Assembly: GCA_964658305.1 (NCBI GenBank)
Contig: OZ210885.1
Span: 23,312,001 to 23,376,000 of the forward strand
DNA length: 64,000 nucleotides
From: Leptogorgia sarmentosa
Lineage: Eukaryota
Direction of reading: 5' to 3'
Shown here: positions 48,536 through 62,490 of the stretch, in pieces
How positions within the stretch are numbered: the stretch's first letter is position 1
Layout of the letters: each line of letters starts with the position of its first letter
Notes under the pieces: model-generated
The model's input: the letters and a program-made list of their open reading frames with translations, nothing else
Database searches by the model: none
What the model was told of the DNA's origin: nothing
Translations under genes and position numbers: made by a program

Positions 48536-51500
48536 GAGGCAGTCCGTGTAAAAACCGACCACTCGAATTTTGTAAGATTACAGAATTCCTTCATACCTTC
48601 TGTGTGGAAGAAGTCATTCATAAAATGAACAACAAACGTTTTCTTTGGAATTGTAGTCAGTTTTAAAAAAATTTTTGCATCAATTTGATTTTGGTCAAAC
48701 CATACCTGTAGGATCGCGTAAGTATAATTTGTTTCTATTTGGAATGTTAAAGAACGCACAAGTTTATGCAATTTCAATGATCCCGCTATTCTTGGCTCTT
48801 AGTTCCCGGAAATAATTTCCAACAAACAACCCTTTGTAAGTATGAAGGTCATGGTCATTCCATTCACGTTTTCTACCACACGAAGTATCACACTCCCTCA
48901 AACCCCCTTCCCCTTATCCCTTTGTATACTTGTCTCTTCAGTAGCCAGGAGATTACATTTCAACAATCAGATTTTTGTTCTCGTTTAGCTATTTGCACAA
49001 CATGTCGAAAAATCACCGCGAAAGAGTCACCAGTGAAGCAGAATGGTTGCAACCTGAATCAACTGATGAATCAGCGCCTCTTCAAAGGTTATAGTTTAAA
49101 ACACGTTTTCACACAACCTCGTACCCAGGGTTCTCCCTGCCGCTGAGCCATTACGCTCTAGGCTAGCGCTTAAAATCCAAAGAGCCTCTGCGGAGGAGAG
49201 AGTACCCAGGGGTTTTCGTATAAACCATAGATTCTTTTTAATATTTGGTACAAAGTTGGTTTGTCTCTCTCAGATAGAATAGATTCGAAACTGCCTCAAG
49301 TGCACTTTCAATTGATTATATAGGTTAAGTAAAAACCTTGCCATAGAATCGATGAGTCGTTTGATGTCAACAACTCCATTTCAAGAACCAGAAACTCCTA
49401 AGACAAGTTCAGCTACGACACCAGACTGGACTCCGGGATCAGGTTGCGGTACTCCATACGAGAAAAAAGAAATAGTTGAGGCATATAACTCTGCTATGGA
49501 CGAACTTACTGGTCTTGTAAGCCCGTTTACCACACGAGAGCCTCTGTCCTCACAGCTTAAGCCCTCTTTAAAGCAAGTAAGCAAAGTGGAACAATCGCGC
49601 ATCGTGGGGAAGGCGACCGAAGATTGCTTGTTTGTCTGCAAAGTGATAGCACCTAACAATAGCGAAGAACTGTTCGAACGCATAACTAGGTCAACGGCGG
49701 AAACCGTAGATGATCATCCCATATCTGACGAATTGGTAGGACTGATGACAGCACCAGGAACCTCAAAAGACAAATACTGAGCCTGTACGCTTACAGATAT
49801 CCCGTGCATACATTGAAGAAAATTCATGAGGCGTTCGGAAATCTCTCTACTTGGCAGATAAAACAAGCACGTTTTCATGCTCGTTCTTGTGGTGCTGGAA
49901 CTTTTCCTGTTAAAGAGAAACAACGTCGTGTACGTCTTGACATGGCAAAGGTCGACCACTTTGTGGAATTCGTAAACCGGCCATATTTCTATCAAGATGT
50001 ATCATACGGAAGCAAAATCCTCAACCTCGAAAGTGGTGAAAAAATACAGATGCCCAATGTTGTGCGGACGGTAACAAGAGCAACCATGATAAATCAATAT
50101 GTTGAGTACTGCAAAGAACAAGAATACGAGCCGTTGAGTAGATCCACTATGTTCAAGATACTGGAGGTGAGGGAAGCATCGCAGCGTAAATCACTGCTAG
50201 GGCTTGACAACACCGCTGCAGATGGAGCAGCAGGTTTCCAAATATTAGAAACAATACTAGAAAGTCTCGAAAAAGGTGGCATGAATGACGACTGGTGTTC
50301 CAACACTGCTTGGCGCTTGAGAGACGCGAAGCGTTATTTGAAAACGGATTACCGTGTTAACTGTAAACCTGATGAATCAGAATGTGCTGATCACTGTCGT
50401 AAATTTGCACTCAGCGATGAGATCGATCCGAATTTTTGCCAAAACTGCCTTCATGAACACAGCACGAACTGCAATGACTGTCAGGCTCTTAAGAACACTT
50501 TGCAGGAAATTGAACATGCAATAAGAGGAACGTCCTGGACACCATACAACAGAGACCATCAAGAGGACCTGCCATATGATTTTGAGCGTGCGCAGGCTGA
50601 CATCCAACTGTGGAAAGCCCATATTTTGCGATCCATAAATCAAGAAGAAGCAAAACAAGATCTTCTGAAAAATAAAGATCCCAACACAGCTGTTATCATT
50701 ATGGACTGGGCGATGAAATTTTTACAGCTCAAATACAGAGAGAAGCAGTCAGATTGGTTTGGCAAGCGGGGACTCAGTTGGCATGTGTCGACAGTGATAT
50801 CAGTAGATGAAAAATCGGAAGATTTAGTGCTAAAGACCTACGCCCATTTGTTTGATGCCTGCCAACAAGACTGGTTCACGGTGCTCTCGATAATCGAAAA
50901 CACTCTGAAAACAAGCCGACAAGCCACGGATAACTAGAGTACATTTTAGGAGCGATGAAACAGGTTGTTACCATAACAACTTTCTAATTGCGTCAGTTAA
51001 AGATATCGGTAATGAAGTTGGAATCGCAGTGACTGGCTATGACTTTTCTGAACCGCAGTACGGAAAGGATGTCTGCGACAGGATTCTTTGCCCAATGAAG
51101 TTGGCCATTCGCAGATACTGCAATGAGGGACACGATGTTCTCACCGCACAGGACATGCACACAGCTCTCTCTCAATGCCCAGTTCGTGGTACTTCTGCTT
51201 GCGTGTGTTCCATCGATGAAAGTAAATGAACGCTTAAGGTTAACAAGATTGATGGTTTCAGTCGTTATCACAACTTCAGGTTTGAAAAGAATGGGGTACG
51301 AGTTTGGGGGGCTTATCGAATCGGATCCGGGAAACTAATCAAGTTCAGCAACTTCATTTCTCAGCAGCAAGTTTTGCCTGGTCTTAATGTGCATGAGAGA
51401 TTCTTTCCCTTGCAAAATACAAGGGTTTATAAAACAACTTCACAGGACGATGACGTGGAACATGAAGGTCTTTTCTACTGCTCTGAGCCTGGCTGTCAGA

Positions 51501-53061
51501 TGGTGTTTAAAGCATTTAGCGAGCTTCAAAATCACTTAGATGTTGGGGATCATTCAAACGGAGAGAAACTAGGAAAGTTTACCGTGTACGACAAACTCCG
51601 AAGAGAGTGGGCAGCCAAGTTCCAGACTGTGGACATGGCGGCTACCGATGCTAGCAGCAGCAACAGCACAGAGCCTGTTCCACAATGTAGATAGCTTTGA
51701 TCTAGACAAAAACAGACAAACGCTTCGCATTGTGATTTACATATTGGATGGGCTCTGCATAAGCCAAGAGATGGAGTAGTACGGTTTGGCGCCAATGTTA
51801 AAGATTACCTGACAAAGAAATTCCACATCGGCAAACAAACGGGTATTAAATCAAATCCTGCGCAGGTTTCTGTTGATAAGCGGACAGCAAGAACACTCGA
51901 CGGCTCTCGGATTTTCAGTCGAGACGAATGGCTCACTAAGACGCAAGTTCAAGGGTTTTTCTGCCTGTTAGCAGCTGCCAGAAGAAAGCAAAGCAACCAG
52001 GAAATAGCCCTGGAAGATGCTCTCACAGAAGCTGAGGATGAAGATAGAGTGAGCTTATTAAATGAATTAGCTGCGCAACTTGCCATCAAACATCCTGTTT
52101 TTTACGATACATATTCGCTATGTGACTGCTTACGTGATGGACACCTCCAAAAGTTTAAGAAAGCCATGTTGAAAGAAATTCTACTACATTTCGAAGTTCC
52201 CTTTCGCCTCTAGAGATCGAAAGAAGGAGTTACTGGCAAAGCTGTCTGCATTTGTAAAGGGATGTGACTGTTTTCGTTACGACTAAGTTATTACTACTCG
52301 TGCAGAATTCATTCATTTAATTCTACAGTAGGAAAATAAATCTGCACTACGATGAGAAAAAAGTGCTCTTTGAAGGCATTCCCATAATTGCCACACATAC
52401 CTTCCCGCACTTTTCTTACCCATAAACGTAAAATGGCAAGCATACATAATTGCTAGCATATTTATAACTTACTCTCTATCCAAAAAACAAAAATTTGAAA
52501 CATAGTAAACAGTTTTGTATGTTTTAAGGAGAAAAATTTAAGTAAATACATTAACAAATCATTGCTTATAATCAGTCGAATTAGTGAAATTTGACTATAT
52601 TCATGACACGCTTGTCGGGCAAAAAACACACTGCCCAAAGATTATTCTTTATTCTAGTAGATGTGTCATAACACTCAGTAGCTGCAATAGACAGCATACC
52701 TGATACCGTTGCACTTCTGAGAAAAAAATAATTACCGCCGACATTATAACAGGAATATTTAATCGGCAGTCTGCAAGCAATTTTTAAAAAAACAAAAGAT
52801 TTTGTTTGCTTGAAGTGAAGAATAAAAGCACGAGATGGAAGGGAGATATAAAAAAGCTCAAATTAGCAGTTGCATAATTAACGTTTTAACATGTTTTCGA
52901 ACACGTGCAGAAATGAATCCGAAATTTTTTTTAAAACTGACTACAATTCCAAAGACAATGTTTTTTGTTCATTTTATGAATGACTTCTTCCACACAGAAA
53001 GTATGAAGGAATTATGTAATCTTACGGAATTCGAGTGGTCGGTTTTTACACGGACTGCCTC
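48536..53061 (+). mobile_element. Sola3 DNA transposon
   Basis: GAG...CTC termini, TTAA TSD (48532-48535 and 53062-53065) and imperfect TIRs of about 140 bp. These explain the mirror ORFs at 48532(-) and 52835(+). Confidence 0.85.
49325..52286 (+). pseudogene. Sola-type DDD transposase with a C2H2 finger, disrupted
   Basis: IMDWAMKFL..REKQSDWFGKRGLSWH, RSDETGCYH, EPQYGKDVCDR and CSEPGC..LQNHLDVGDH, with several stops and frameshifts. Confidence 0.8.
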
Positions 53062-53643
53062 TTAAATTTGCTTAGGTTAAAAGATTTATAAATTTGCTCA
53101 GGTCGTACTCAAACCAAACGGGGTTCTGCATTCCCGATTACTTGAGATGTTTTTCAGTAAAAACCGAATTGTTTTGGGGGCCACTTTTTTTTGTCCACCC
53201 CCTATATCATTTATAGACCCAGAGCGAGGGGGGTTCGGTGTTTTATTTCCCGAAGTGATGATATTTTCCGAGGGAAATATCATCACTGAGGGAAATATCG
53301 CTGAATCGACCGAAAAATATTTTCGTGGTGTTTTTTGAGTGTCGTTCATCTAATATTCGTTGGATTTCTTCGTTGCTTTCGGCCTCTGTGCTCGCTGCCA
53401 TTTTCACTTAAACAACATGAAATTTTCCCGCCATATTGCTGGAGTTGTGCGTGTTGTCTTGCGTGGTTGACACGAATAATATTCCACCCCATATTTCCCG
53501 GTGAATATGGGGTGGAATATTGTCAAAAGGAACAGAGGCTTGCAAAATGATGACGTAAGGCTTGATATTGTGTTTAATTTCATTTAATTTGTGCTCACAT
53601 GTCGCAAACTGGGCTTTCTCATTGGGCAATTTGAAATTGAGGT

Positions 53644-53702
53644 ATAATATATATATATATATAATAGATATAGATATATATCTATATATATATATATAGA
53701 TA
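53644..53702. repeat. (TA)n/(TAGA) microsatellite
   Basis: Directly visible in the sequence. Confidence 0.8.
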
Positions 53703-54100
53703 CGTCAAAATTTCCCCCCAATTCTCTGTACATTGCTTTGTTCTGCGTTAGTGCACACATGAGCATAGCCACGTTCCCGAGACAACAAATTTATACACTT
53801 GCATAACACACTAATTTATTATTTCAATCGTAATATTTCACAGTATTTTATTATAGCTACGTCGTAATTTTGAATTTTGTGCGTTTATATATAAATAACA
53901 ACGTCTTATCCATTATTCAGGCTTTTCAAAAGTGTCTGCCCACATGAAGTGCTTTAGATTTCACTCGTTTTTTACAAAACAGTACCAACTCGCCCATTTG
54001 AGGGTTTGCAAAGAGCTAAGCGAATCATTAAGTAATATCCATTTATATCATAATCACATGAAAGAATAAAATTTTAAAAACTAATTGTCAGGGTGATAAT

Positions 54101-54772
54101 TCATTTTTTCTCATAACTCTCGTAAAATTTAATCATTTTATATTTGTATTCGCATAATTCTTTAGCACCAGGTAAGTCGTTACAAAAATGTTCACTCTGG
54201 TAGTGTTCATAAATCGACAAAGCCCTTAGGTACTTAATACTTTTTCTTGCAAGTGAACACGATGCTCCACCAAAACTAAACTCGTTCCATGTCCTTTCCT
54301 TTTCCAACACAACACTTGGCATTTCCCCTAACACCTTCATTTTCAGATGCGCGATAACGAAAGGCTTTTTAATTCTTTTTAATGTGAACAATTTAAAAAT
54401 TCCGAAACAATCAGCAAACAGTCTTTTTGCAGAATTCACGGTCTTTCGTGTGGGAAACTGAATAATAGCCACAAGCTTTCTCTTGCCATTCGGTTGAACA
54501 ATAACCATGTATTTAAAATAAGTAAAAACGTCATTGTTTGTTGAAGGTGTCTCAAAAAACCTATGCCATTTCGAATTTGGAAAGTATTCATCAAAAATAT
54601 TTGATAAATGATCGATTTGATCGAAGGTTTCCAGATAGAATGTTTTACCACTACCACATTTTTTCTGTTTAATTTCACATGTAGTTGCAGGTAGAGTTAC
54701 ATAGCAATTTAATTCTTCAAAATCTACGTTACTACACCATTTGCCCTTCATTAAGCGAAAAGAGAATCTCAT
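54101..54772 (-). CDS. Intronless 223-aa ORF of unknown function (possibly a Polinton accessory gene)
   Basis: Long open frame in very AT-rich DNA, co-oriented with neighbouring ORF remnants. I recognise no domain. Confidence 0.45.
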   Translation of the reverse strand: MRFSFRLMKGKWCSNVDFEELNCYVTLPATTCEIKQKKCGSGKTFYLETFDQIDHLSNIFDEYFPNSKWHRFFETPSTNNDVFTYFKYMVIVQPNGKRKLVAIIQFPTRKTVNSAKRLFADCFGIFKLFTLKRIKKPFVIAHLKMKVLGEMPSVVLEKERTWNEFSFGGASCSLARKSIKYLRALSIYEHYQSEHFCNDLPGAKELCEYKYKMIKFYESYEKK

Positions 54773-54902
54773 TAAGATAATCTTGCACCTTCAGCAATAC
54801 AAGCGCGAATATCAATAACGCATTATGTGAAAGTCACTAAGCATGGAAAGAAATTCAATAGCAACAATTTTCGTGGCCATAAAAATTAAATAAAAATTGC
54901 AT

Positions 54903-55049
54903 GTCCCCAGAGCCGATAAGTGGGGTGGACATATTCATACATTCGTGTTTTGCACAATTAATTTCTTTTGAAATCGATTGTTTTTATGGTCTGTGAACAC
55001 AAATTTATGAATATGTCCACCCCACTTATCGGCTCTGGGGACGCCACTG
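54903..55049. mobile_element. Palindromic hAT-like MITE, left tip lost
   Basis: GTCCCCAGAGCCGATAAGTGGGGTGGACATATTCATA is inverted at about 55006-55042. The right end is GCCACTG. Confidence 0.7.
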
Positions 55050-55124
55050 AAAGAGAGAGATATTTGATCACACCAAAAGTTATTTTTGAATTGTGTAAGA
55101 GTATACAGATATTCTAGGCTTCCT

Positions 55125-55472
55125 TTATTTCATTAATGAAACGGGCAAAAAGCTCAACCTCGTGATCGGCACATTGAAAAAATTACATTTGTGGTATTTA
55201 CAGCATTTTTGTTCAACATTATAATCAACTACAACCCCTTTATACCCAACAAAAACATTGCCATTACCCAAAAATAGTTGCCTTAGGTGAATTAAAACCT
55301 CGTCATATCGAAAGAAATCCATAGTAATTTTTCTTTTAATTAAGGGTAAACCATGTATAACATTAATCTGGTATGGTATAGTTTTATTATAAATCACCTC
55401 ATCATCGGGATAATAAATTTGATACATATAAAGTTCGAATCTTTTCATATCAAAGATTGAAACCTCACGCAA
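55125..55472 (-). pseudogene. Remnant resembling small Polinton-associated DEDD-exonuclease-like ORFs
   Basis: REVSI..IHGLP..VGYKG..CCKYH pattern. The resemblance is from memory only. Confidence 0.35.
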
Positions 55473-56936
55473 TTACCATGTTTTATTTACATTATAACAT
55501 TCACAGTCCATAACATGAGTGATGCAATTTGCCACACTTCCTTTTATCTTACTAAAGGTGTTAAAATCATTAAAAGTGCGTTGATTGAGTTGTCTATTAA
55601 ACAAGCCTTAGTACTGATAAATATCCATATTAAAAATCTTAAAAATTCTTTAATTAAAAACAATTATTTGCACCCTTTTCGTTGTTTGAAATTTGAGCTG
55701 TAAATTACCAATGAATGTTTACCCAGTAGGTATGGAGCTCATTTTATCGTCACGACATTCACAATTAAGTTGTCAAAGTGTGTTCCATTTCCGTGGTTGT
55801 AGCTAGTAGCTCGCTACCTTGGCAATATAGACTGACAAGAAACCTCTCAACCTATATTCCTTAAATACTTTTTTGCCTTGTGCTTGAAACAGAGGAACAA
55901 GATTTTAACGTTTTTCCACCATCCATTGAATTTGAAATCTTCATTACGTCTCAGACTCAAGAATATAGGCTATATATATCAACATGTGGTCGCGCAGCTT
56001 ATTATTATATCGGTCTATGTTCGAGATGACACACGCAAAATCAGTAGAACAAATACATCGCAATTCGTGTAATCCAGTCAGTATACACTGAAGACTTAAC
56101 TTTGCTTCAAACCAATTTTGAATTATAGCTAGCTACTCCATTTGCACGACCAAATATAGCTATGTGAACCCAATATTCTATTTTTTATATAATTGCACCG
56201 AGCGTGTAAACAATTGTTATGTCATAAATCGAAAAAGGCTTCGTAGCTTCGTATCCTGCTACATTTTGCTTGGCAGGAAAATATCCCCACTTTTTCGGCC
56301 AATGAAAATAGACGTTCTCATATTTGTTCAATACCTTTCGAGACATGTTTTCAATAAATAACGACATAGCGAAAGTGCTCTCATTAAAGTAACAACAATA
56401 ATTTTATTTTTGCCTTTTTATTATTTATTTACACAAAATTAAAATTTATTAATTCATCACAATGACAGTGAAAATCATGATAACAATCACATTTCTCTCT
56501 AATAATTTCAATACTCTTATACACCTGATAACTAGGAGTTACTATCGCAAGGAAAGTGCTGCCGTATCCACTGAAGCACCCACTTACTTTGGCACGTAAT
56601 TTTCACAAAATAAACAAGTCCCAAACCATAAATCTAACCCTAACCGTAGCATCCTAACCCTAACCACTAAAAACAATTCGGGAGAGTGAGAAAAAAATCA
56701 AAGAATGTCTTCAGAAGTTTTTAGGAAAGTAAGTGTCTTTCAACAAAAACAAAACCGTGCCAGACCCACTGAGTTAAAGAAAGGCTGTAATTCTTTAGCT
56801 CAGTCACAGATTAAGAGTCTTAATCTGTGGTTCAGTGGCCCGACCTTGCTTAGGTTTTTCGCACGCAGCGCCCTTGCCAAACACGTCAACAGCAAAATCA
56901 TCGGAATCACCGGAAGCAAACAGTTTCATATTAACA

Positions 56937-57615
56937 CTAAAATCATATTTTTTAAAAGAAAACTAAGGAAACATTGCGGACGTGATACGAGAAAGTAATC
57001 ACTATTTTATTGTCGGGAGCAACTGGCATCTGGCAATCGCAGCAGCGCGCATGTTAAAAGCAAATCAGATAAATCTCTGACATCTGACCTTATTAAAATT
57101 ATAATATATATACATCCTCGTATACATCGTGCTGAACAAATGATCTTAAATGAGTTAAATCATAAAGCTACTTCTGCGTCGTAATAAAATATCCAGTTTA
57201 CTTACAGTATCAGGCCAACATTGGATTTACTTTTGTATGCCTATATGTGGTTTAGTTCTTTTAGTATCGAAACTTCTGTAAATCCCCGGTATGTCCCGTA
57301 AACAAACAACTCAAGCTTAGTGATGCCGTCGACTCTTTTCATACCAGTGTTGTCGAGTCATATAGTCACATTAGAAAGCAACAAGGAGCAACCGGCTGAG
57401 TTTAATTGTAGTAAATTATTCTTTTGCATCAGGAGTACATTAGTAAATGAATGGCAATACCGCGAGGCGACAAAGAGTCGGAGATGGCGAAAACAAACAC
57501 GAAAGCTATAAATGCGAAAGCACGCAAATATGTTGCCTATCATCAACCGATTTAAAATTATGGCTATCTTGTTGTGACGAGTTCTACTGTGTTACACATC
57601 TGAGTTTGCCCGCTA
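56937..57615 (+). repeat. Dispersed repeat family, copy D (longer variant with extra internal segments)
   Basis: Colinear with copies A and B, plus about 120 bp of extra sequence at about 57360-57475. Confidence 0.7.
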
Positions 57616-58869
57616 TTTACGAATTGCGATGGCAATGTTGGCCCAGTGCCGGATTATCTAGGGGGCAATGGGGGCATTTGCCCCCGGCCCCAGCTCAAAT
57701 TGGAAAATTCAGGCACTGATTTTGAGCATAATTCGGGCAAAAATCTGAGGAATAAGGTGATGTCAACAATCCTCCAGTCGTTCACCTGAACGAACATACC
57801 AAGAAAGTGGAGTTAGGAATCTGAAATCGCCATTTCCAGCAATCCAGAGGTTGTAAAAGTTCAAAAATTTCTCGCTCTGTGCCAACCATGGTGGTGCCTC
57901 GTGACATTCACTACCCACAAATTCGGGCAAAGATAAACTTTCTGTCCCGCTGAAAAACTGTAGCCCGTACGCTTATATGCTTAGCATTGAACACGGAATA
58001 CTAGACTCACATAAGTTAATGTTGAAGTGGCCGGTAAATGCCACTTTCATGTTAAAATGCTATTCCCTATGTTCATGCATATTATAGTTCTTGACGATAT
58101 AATGGACAAGACTACATATATGTTTCACGTTTTCATATTCGCCAAATTACAGCCCTTTACTTTTTGTTTGTCCCTGGCCCAATGATGGCTTAACCCGGCG
58201 CTGTGTCGGCCAACTATGACAATTATGATTTATGAAGATTGCAGCAAAACTTCGAACAGCTAGGAATTTCGAAAACATCCAAAAATAGTCCTCGTGAGTT
58301 GGTCTGTCCAGTACCCGCTGATCTCTCGATTTACGTCATAAAATTGCCTACGTCACGAAACAAATCTCGATTTTGGACGACTAATATACATAACTCCATT
58401 GAGAGGTCTGGACACAAGTTACCACCGCAAGAATAGTATGCGGCCTCCCTTCGGTCGGCAGCAATAACATCGACAAAAAAGTCTTATGAGATACATGGAT
58501 ACCAATACTTCAAACAATTATAGAAAGCCCTCTGCAAAATATCATAGCTATCGATCATGTTCTTTTCAATGGTATGACTGTTGTAGTTCATGTAAAGCTC
58601 AAACAAGTAATGTCTGAGATACTCATATATGTTCATTGTGTTATTTTCAACACCTTCATATGCATTCATTAAGTAACTAATGTCACAACTATGTGTACAC
58701 CCCTCTTATCATTGATAGAATATTTGACACCTGTAATGTCCTTATTAATATTCTATGCCATTTATTAATATTCAAATTAATTATTCAATAGGTCTGTATA
58801 TAAGTAGTGGCCAATTTGAAATAAACACATTTTTTGTATAGCATACACGAGAGATTATATTATGACGTA

Positions 58870-60892
58870 CGAATCCACCAAAATCAAAATCTGTGCATGC
58901 TGTCGCACATTCCCTCGATAAGCACCAACCAAACAATGACGAAGAAGAGTATGAATATGTGTACACTGTTAACAAGTCACCAAATTGTCCACCTGCCTAC
59001 TTAATTGAAATAGGACAGCAATTCGAAATGATGATTGATACAGGAGCATCAGTCAACATGATAGATGAAACAACCTATAAGAAAATAAATCGACAACAAG
59101 GGCGAAGTCTGGAAAAGACAGAGTACTACATTTACTCCTATGGTTCGCCAGCACCTCTACCAATACTCGGAATGTTTGTTACTACGATCAAAACATCAGA
59201 TGTATCGACAAATGCAAAGCTGTATGTTGTTGAAGGCAATTTTGGAAATTTACTCAGCTTTGCCTCAGCCAAGAAATTGAATCTGCTTCAAGTGTCTGTG
59301 AATGCAGTCGATGATCCTTATCATGGAAATCTACAGCAAGAATATAAGCGTTTATTTGGAGGAATTGGGAAAGTGAAAGGACGGTTGATTAAGTTACATA
59401 TTGATCCCCAAGTGAAACCGAAACAACAGCCTCATCGTAGAATACCCTTCCACGTACGAAAAGATGTAGAGAAAGAACTTGAACGGTTAGAGAAGTTAGA
59501 TATAATAGAGAAAGTTGACGGTCCAACTCCATGGGTAAGCCCTATCGTGGTCGTGCCAAAAGACTCGGGTGAAGTGAGAATTTGCGTTGATATGTGTGAA
59601 GGTAATCGAGCGGTGAAGAGAGAGAAACATCTGATGCCTACTATGGACGATCTCATTTCCGACCTCAATGGTGCTACGGTATTTAGTAAGCTGGACCTCT
59701 CGTCTGGATATCATCAATTTGAATTATCTCCTCTTACTGGTTTGCCTGGATGTAAGAATATATCAGATGACATTATTGTGTTTGGTAAAGATCAGAAAGA
59801 GCATGATTCAAACCTATGTGGGGTTCTTGAAAGATTAAAGCAATGTAACATCTGTCTAAAAGAAGAAAAATGTTCATTGTCACAGCCGAAGATTATGTTC
59901 TATGGTCATATCTTCACTGTGGAGGGGATTAAACCAGATCTTGAGAAGGTAGATGTCATCAAAGCCATGAATCCACCACACTGTGTAAGTGAATTGAAGT
60001 CACTCTTAGGAATGGCGCAGTATGTATCCAGATTTATTCCCGACTATGCAAAGATAACAGCCCCACTACGAAACCTCACCAAGCAAGGTGTCGAGTGGAG
60101 ATGGACTGATGAAGAACAGAAGGCTCTGGACAGTTTGAAAAAAACACTTGCTGGTGATAAAGTGATGACGTATATTGATCCGAGGAAGAACACAGAAATC
60201 GTTAGCTACACAAGCCGCAGTCGCGAAGTTGAAGCAAGATATTCCCAAACAGAAAGAAAGATGTTGGCTGTAGTTTGGGCTGCTGAACACTTTCACCTAT
60301 ATGTTTACGGCTCAAAGTTCCACATTATCACTGATCACAAACCTTTGCTTGGTATTTTCAATTGCAACAAACCCACATCAACCAGAATTGACCGATGGAA
60401 ATTGAGGCTTACGCCTTATGATTGTCAGTTGTTTTACCGTCCTGGAAGAAATGAAGAAAATCCAGCAGATTTTATAAGTCGTCATCCTAACGCCTCAGAA
60501 GTGCAAGAGCAAAACGTAGCAGAGGAATACACCAACTATGTTTGTATCAACGCAATCCCAAAAGCGATGACTATTCAGGAAGTAGAGTCTGAAACTCAAA
60601 AAGATCCAACAATGCAGGCTGTGATAAAAGCAATTGAAACTGGCAATTGGTCCAGTCCAGCGGTTCAGGAATACACGAAGATCAAGCAAGAATTAGCAGT
60701 TCATAAAGGAACAATTCTGAGAGGAAATCGCCTTGTTATACCCCCACGTTGAGAAATAAAGCTCTGGATTTAGCACACGTCGGGCACCAAGGCATTGTTA
60801 AAACGAAGAGACTTCTAAGGGAGAAAATCTTGTTTCTTGGTATAGACAAGCTCACAGAGGAGAAAATAACGAACTGCCACCCCTGCCAAGTC
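58870..60892 (+). mobile_element. Ty3/Gypsy pol fragment (PR-RT-RNase H-integrase zinc finger)
   Basis: IDTGASVN, WVSPIVVV, FSKLDLSSGYHQ, NISDDIIV, YSQTER, TDHKPL, ADFISR and AHVGHQG..CHPC, with two in-frame internal deletions. Confidence 0.9.
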
Positions 60893-60899
60893 TCACCTA

Positions 60900-62490
60900 T
60901 ACCTATACCAGACCTATACCTCCAAGGTCAAATATACAATCAATGTATGCATAATGTAGCAGACACAGTGGTACTATTAGAAGAGGCAGGCTTTATTGTT
61001 CACCCAATCAAGTCCAGCCTAATACCAAGCCAAGAGATCATTGTACTGGGGTTTACTTTAACCTTGGTCACTATGATTGTAAGGTTAACACCTCATAAGG
61101 CTTTCCAGCTGCAACAAGACTGCACAAAAGTGTTAAAACAGCAAACCATCAGTATTAGGGATGCTGCAAGGATCATAGGGAAAATAGTATCCAGTTTCCC
61201 GGGGGTCATGTATGGACCCCTCAACTATAGGCATCTGGAGCATGATAAAACTCTAGCTTTGAAGCAGAATCACGGTAATTTTGATGCTAATATGACCTTT
61301 TCTGCTGAAGCCAGAAAAGAGCTTGATTGGTGGGTTGCAAATGTGCTTACCTCATTTAAACCCATAGGTCATGGCCCACCTGACCTAACAATTATCACCG
61401 CAACCAGACTGCTTTAGAATGGAAGCTACATCCTAGTAGCCTTCATAGAGCCCTTAGTGACCTAAAGTTTCGGCCAGATATTGATCTGTTTGCCTCGCAA
61501 ATTAATCACCAGTTTCCAAAATATGTGTCTTACAAACCAGATCCGAATGCAGTGGCGATTGATGTATTCAGCATGGACTGGTCAACACTCAACTTTTACG
61601 CCTTTCTGCCATTTAGTGTTATTTCACCAATGTTGAGCAAAATAAGAATGGACAAGGCCCGGGGAGTTTGTGTCATTCCAGACTGGCCTACACAGGGTTG
61701 GTACCCTATGGTTATGCAAATGCAGGAAGTAGAACCTGTACATTTAAAGGCCAAGAAAGGATTGTTGACTTTACCCAGCCATCCAACGTCACTACACCCG
61801 CTGCATCAAAAGCTAAACCTACTGGTGGTTCTATTATCAGGGAGAAAATAAAACGACATGGACTTGCCTCTAGTACAACGGACATAGTCATGGCTTCGTG
61901 GCGCCCAGGAACACACAAGCAATATTCACTTTATTTAGCCAATTGGCAAAGTTATTGTGAAAATAAAGGTTTGAGTATGTTTGATCCGGGTATGGTGCAT
62001 GCAGTTGAGTTTTTGGTTGGTCTAACAGTTGTACATTTGCACGGTTTTATGGTAAACCTTTAGAACAGTCTAATTTTGGACAAACTGTCGTACATAATTT
62101 ATCACTTTGAAATTGTTGACAATTGATGTTTATTGGTGTTAATTAAATACTTGTTTAGTAGTTCGTGTGCGTAGAACTTTGAAATCTCATGTGACTCCGT
62201 AGTGATGTAGACTGATGACAAAATAGAATTTTACAATTAAACGAGACTTACCCGGAAGTTGAAGTTTGATTGGAATTCTAGATTGTCATCAGTCAGGAAC
62301 GAAGGAGTCACATGCCCATAAGTTATACCCACTCCACCCAAATTCCACGTTCCTGGGTATTTCTACATGCCCACTCACGATGAAGACTGATTGGTGAGAC
62401 ACATGCGCATCTCATGTGACTCCTTCGTTCCTGACAATCTAGAATTCCAATCAAACTTCAACTTCCAGGTAAGTCTCGTTTAATTGTAAA
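60900..62490 (+). mobile_element. DIRS-type retroelement 3' part (RT thumb/RNase H remnant, IDLFAS methyltransferase-like domain, start of tyrosine recombinase ORF, terminal hairpin)
   Basis: GFIVHPIKSSLIPSQEIIVLGF, ELDWW, IDLFAS, YAFLPFSVI..PDWPTQGWY and IVMASWRPGTHKQY..W. Inverted arms at 62229-62314 and 62413-62490. Confidence 0.85.

Larger units (their letters stand above)
48433..53204. mobile_element. Tc1/mariner-like MITE split by the Sola3 element
   Basis: TIR of about 44 bp CAGGGGGTGGACAAAAAAAAG(G/T)GGCCCCCA.AACAATTCGGTTT at 48433 and inverted at 53161-53204, with TA flanks. Confidence 0.8.

Noticed and set aside
56600..56670. CCCTAA repeats as an interstitial telomere
   Set aside because: There are only a few units, embedded in sequence shared with the MITE core.
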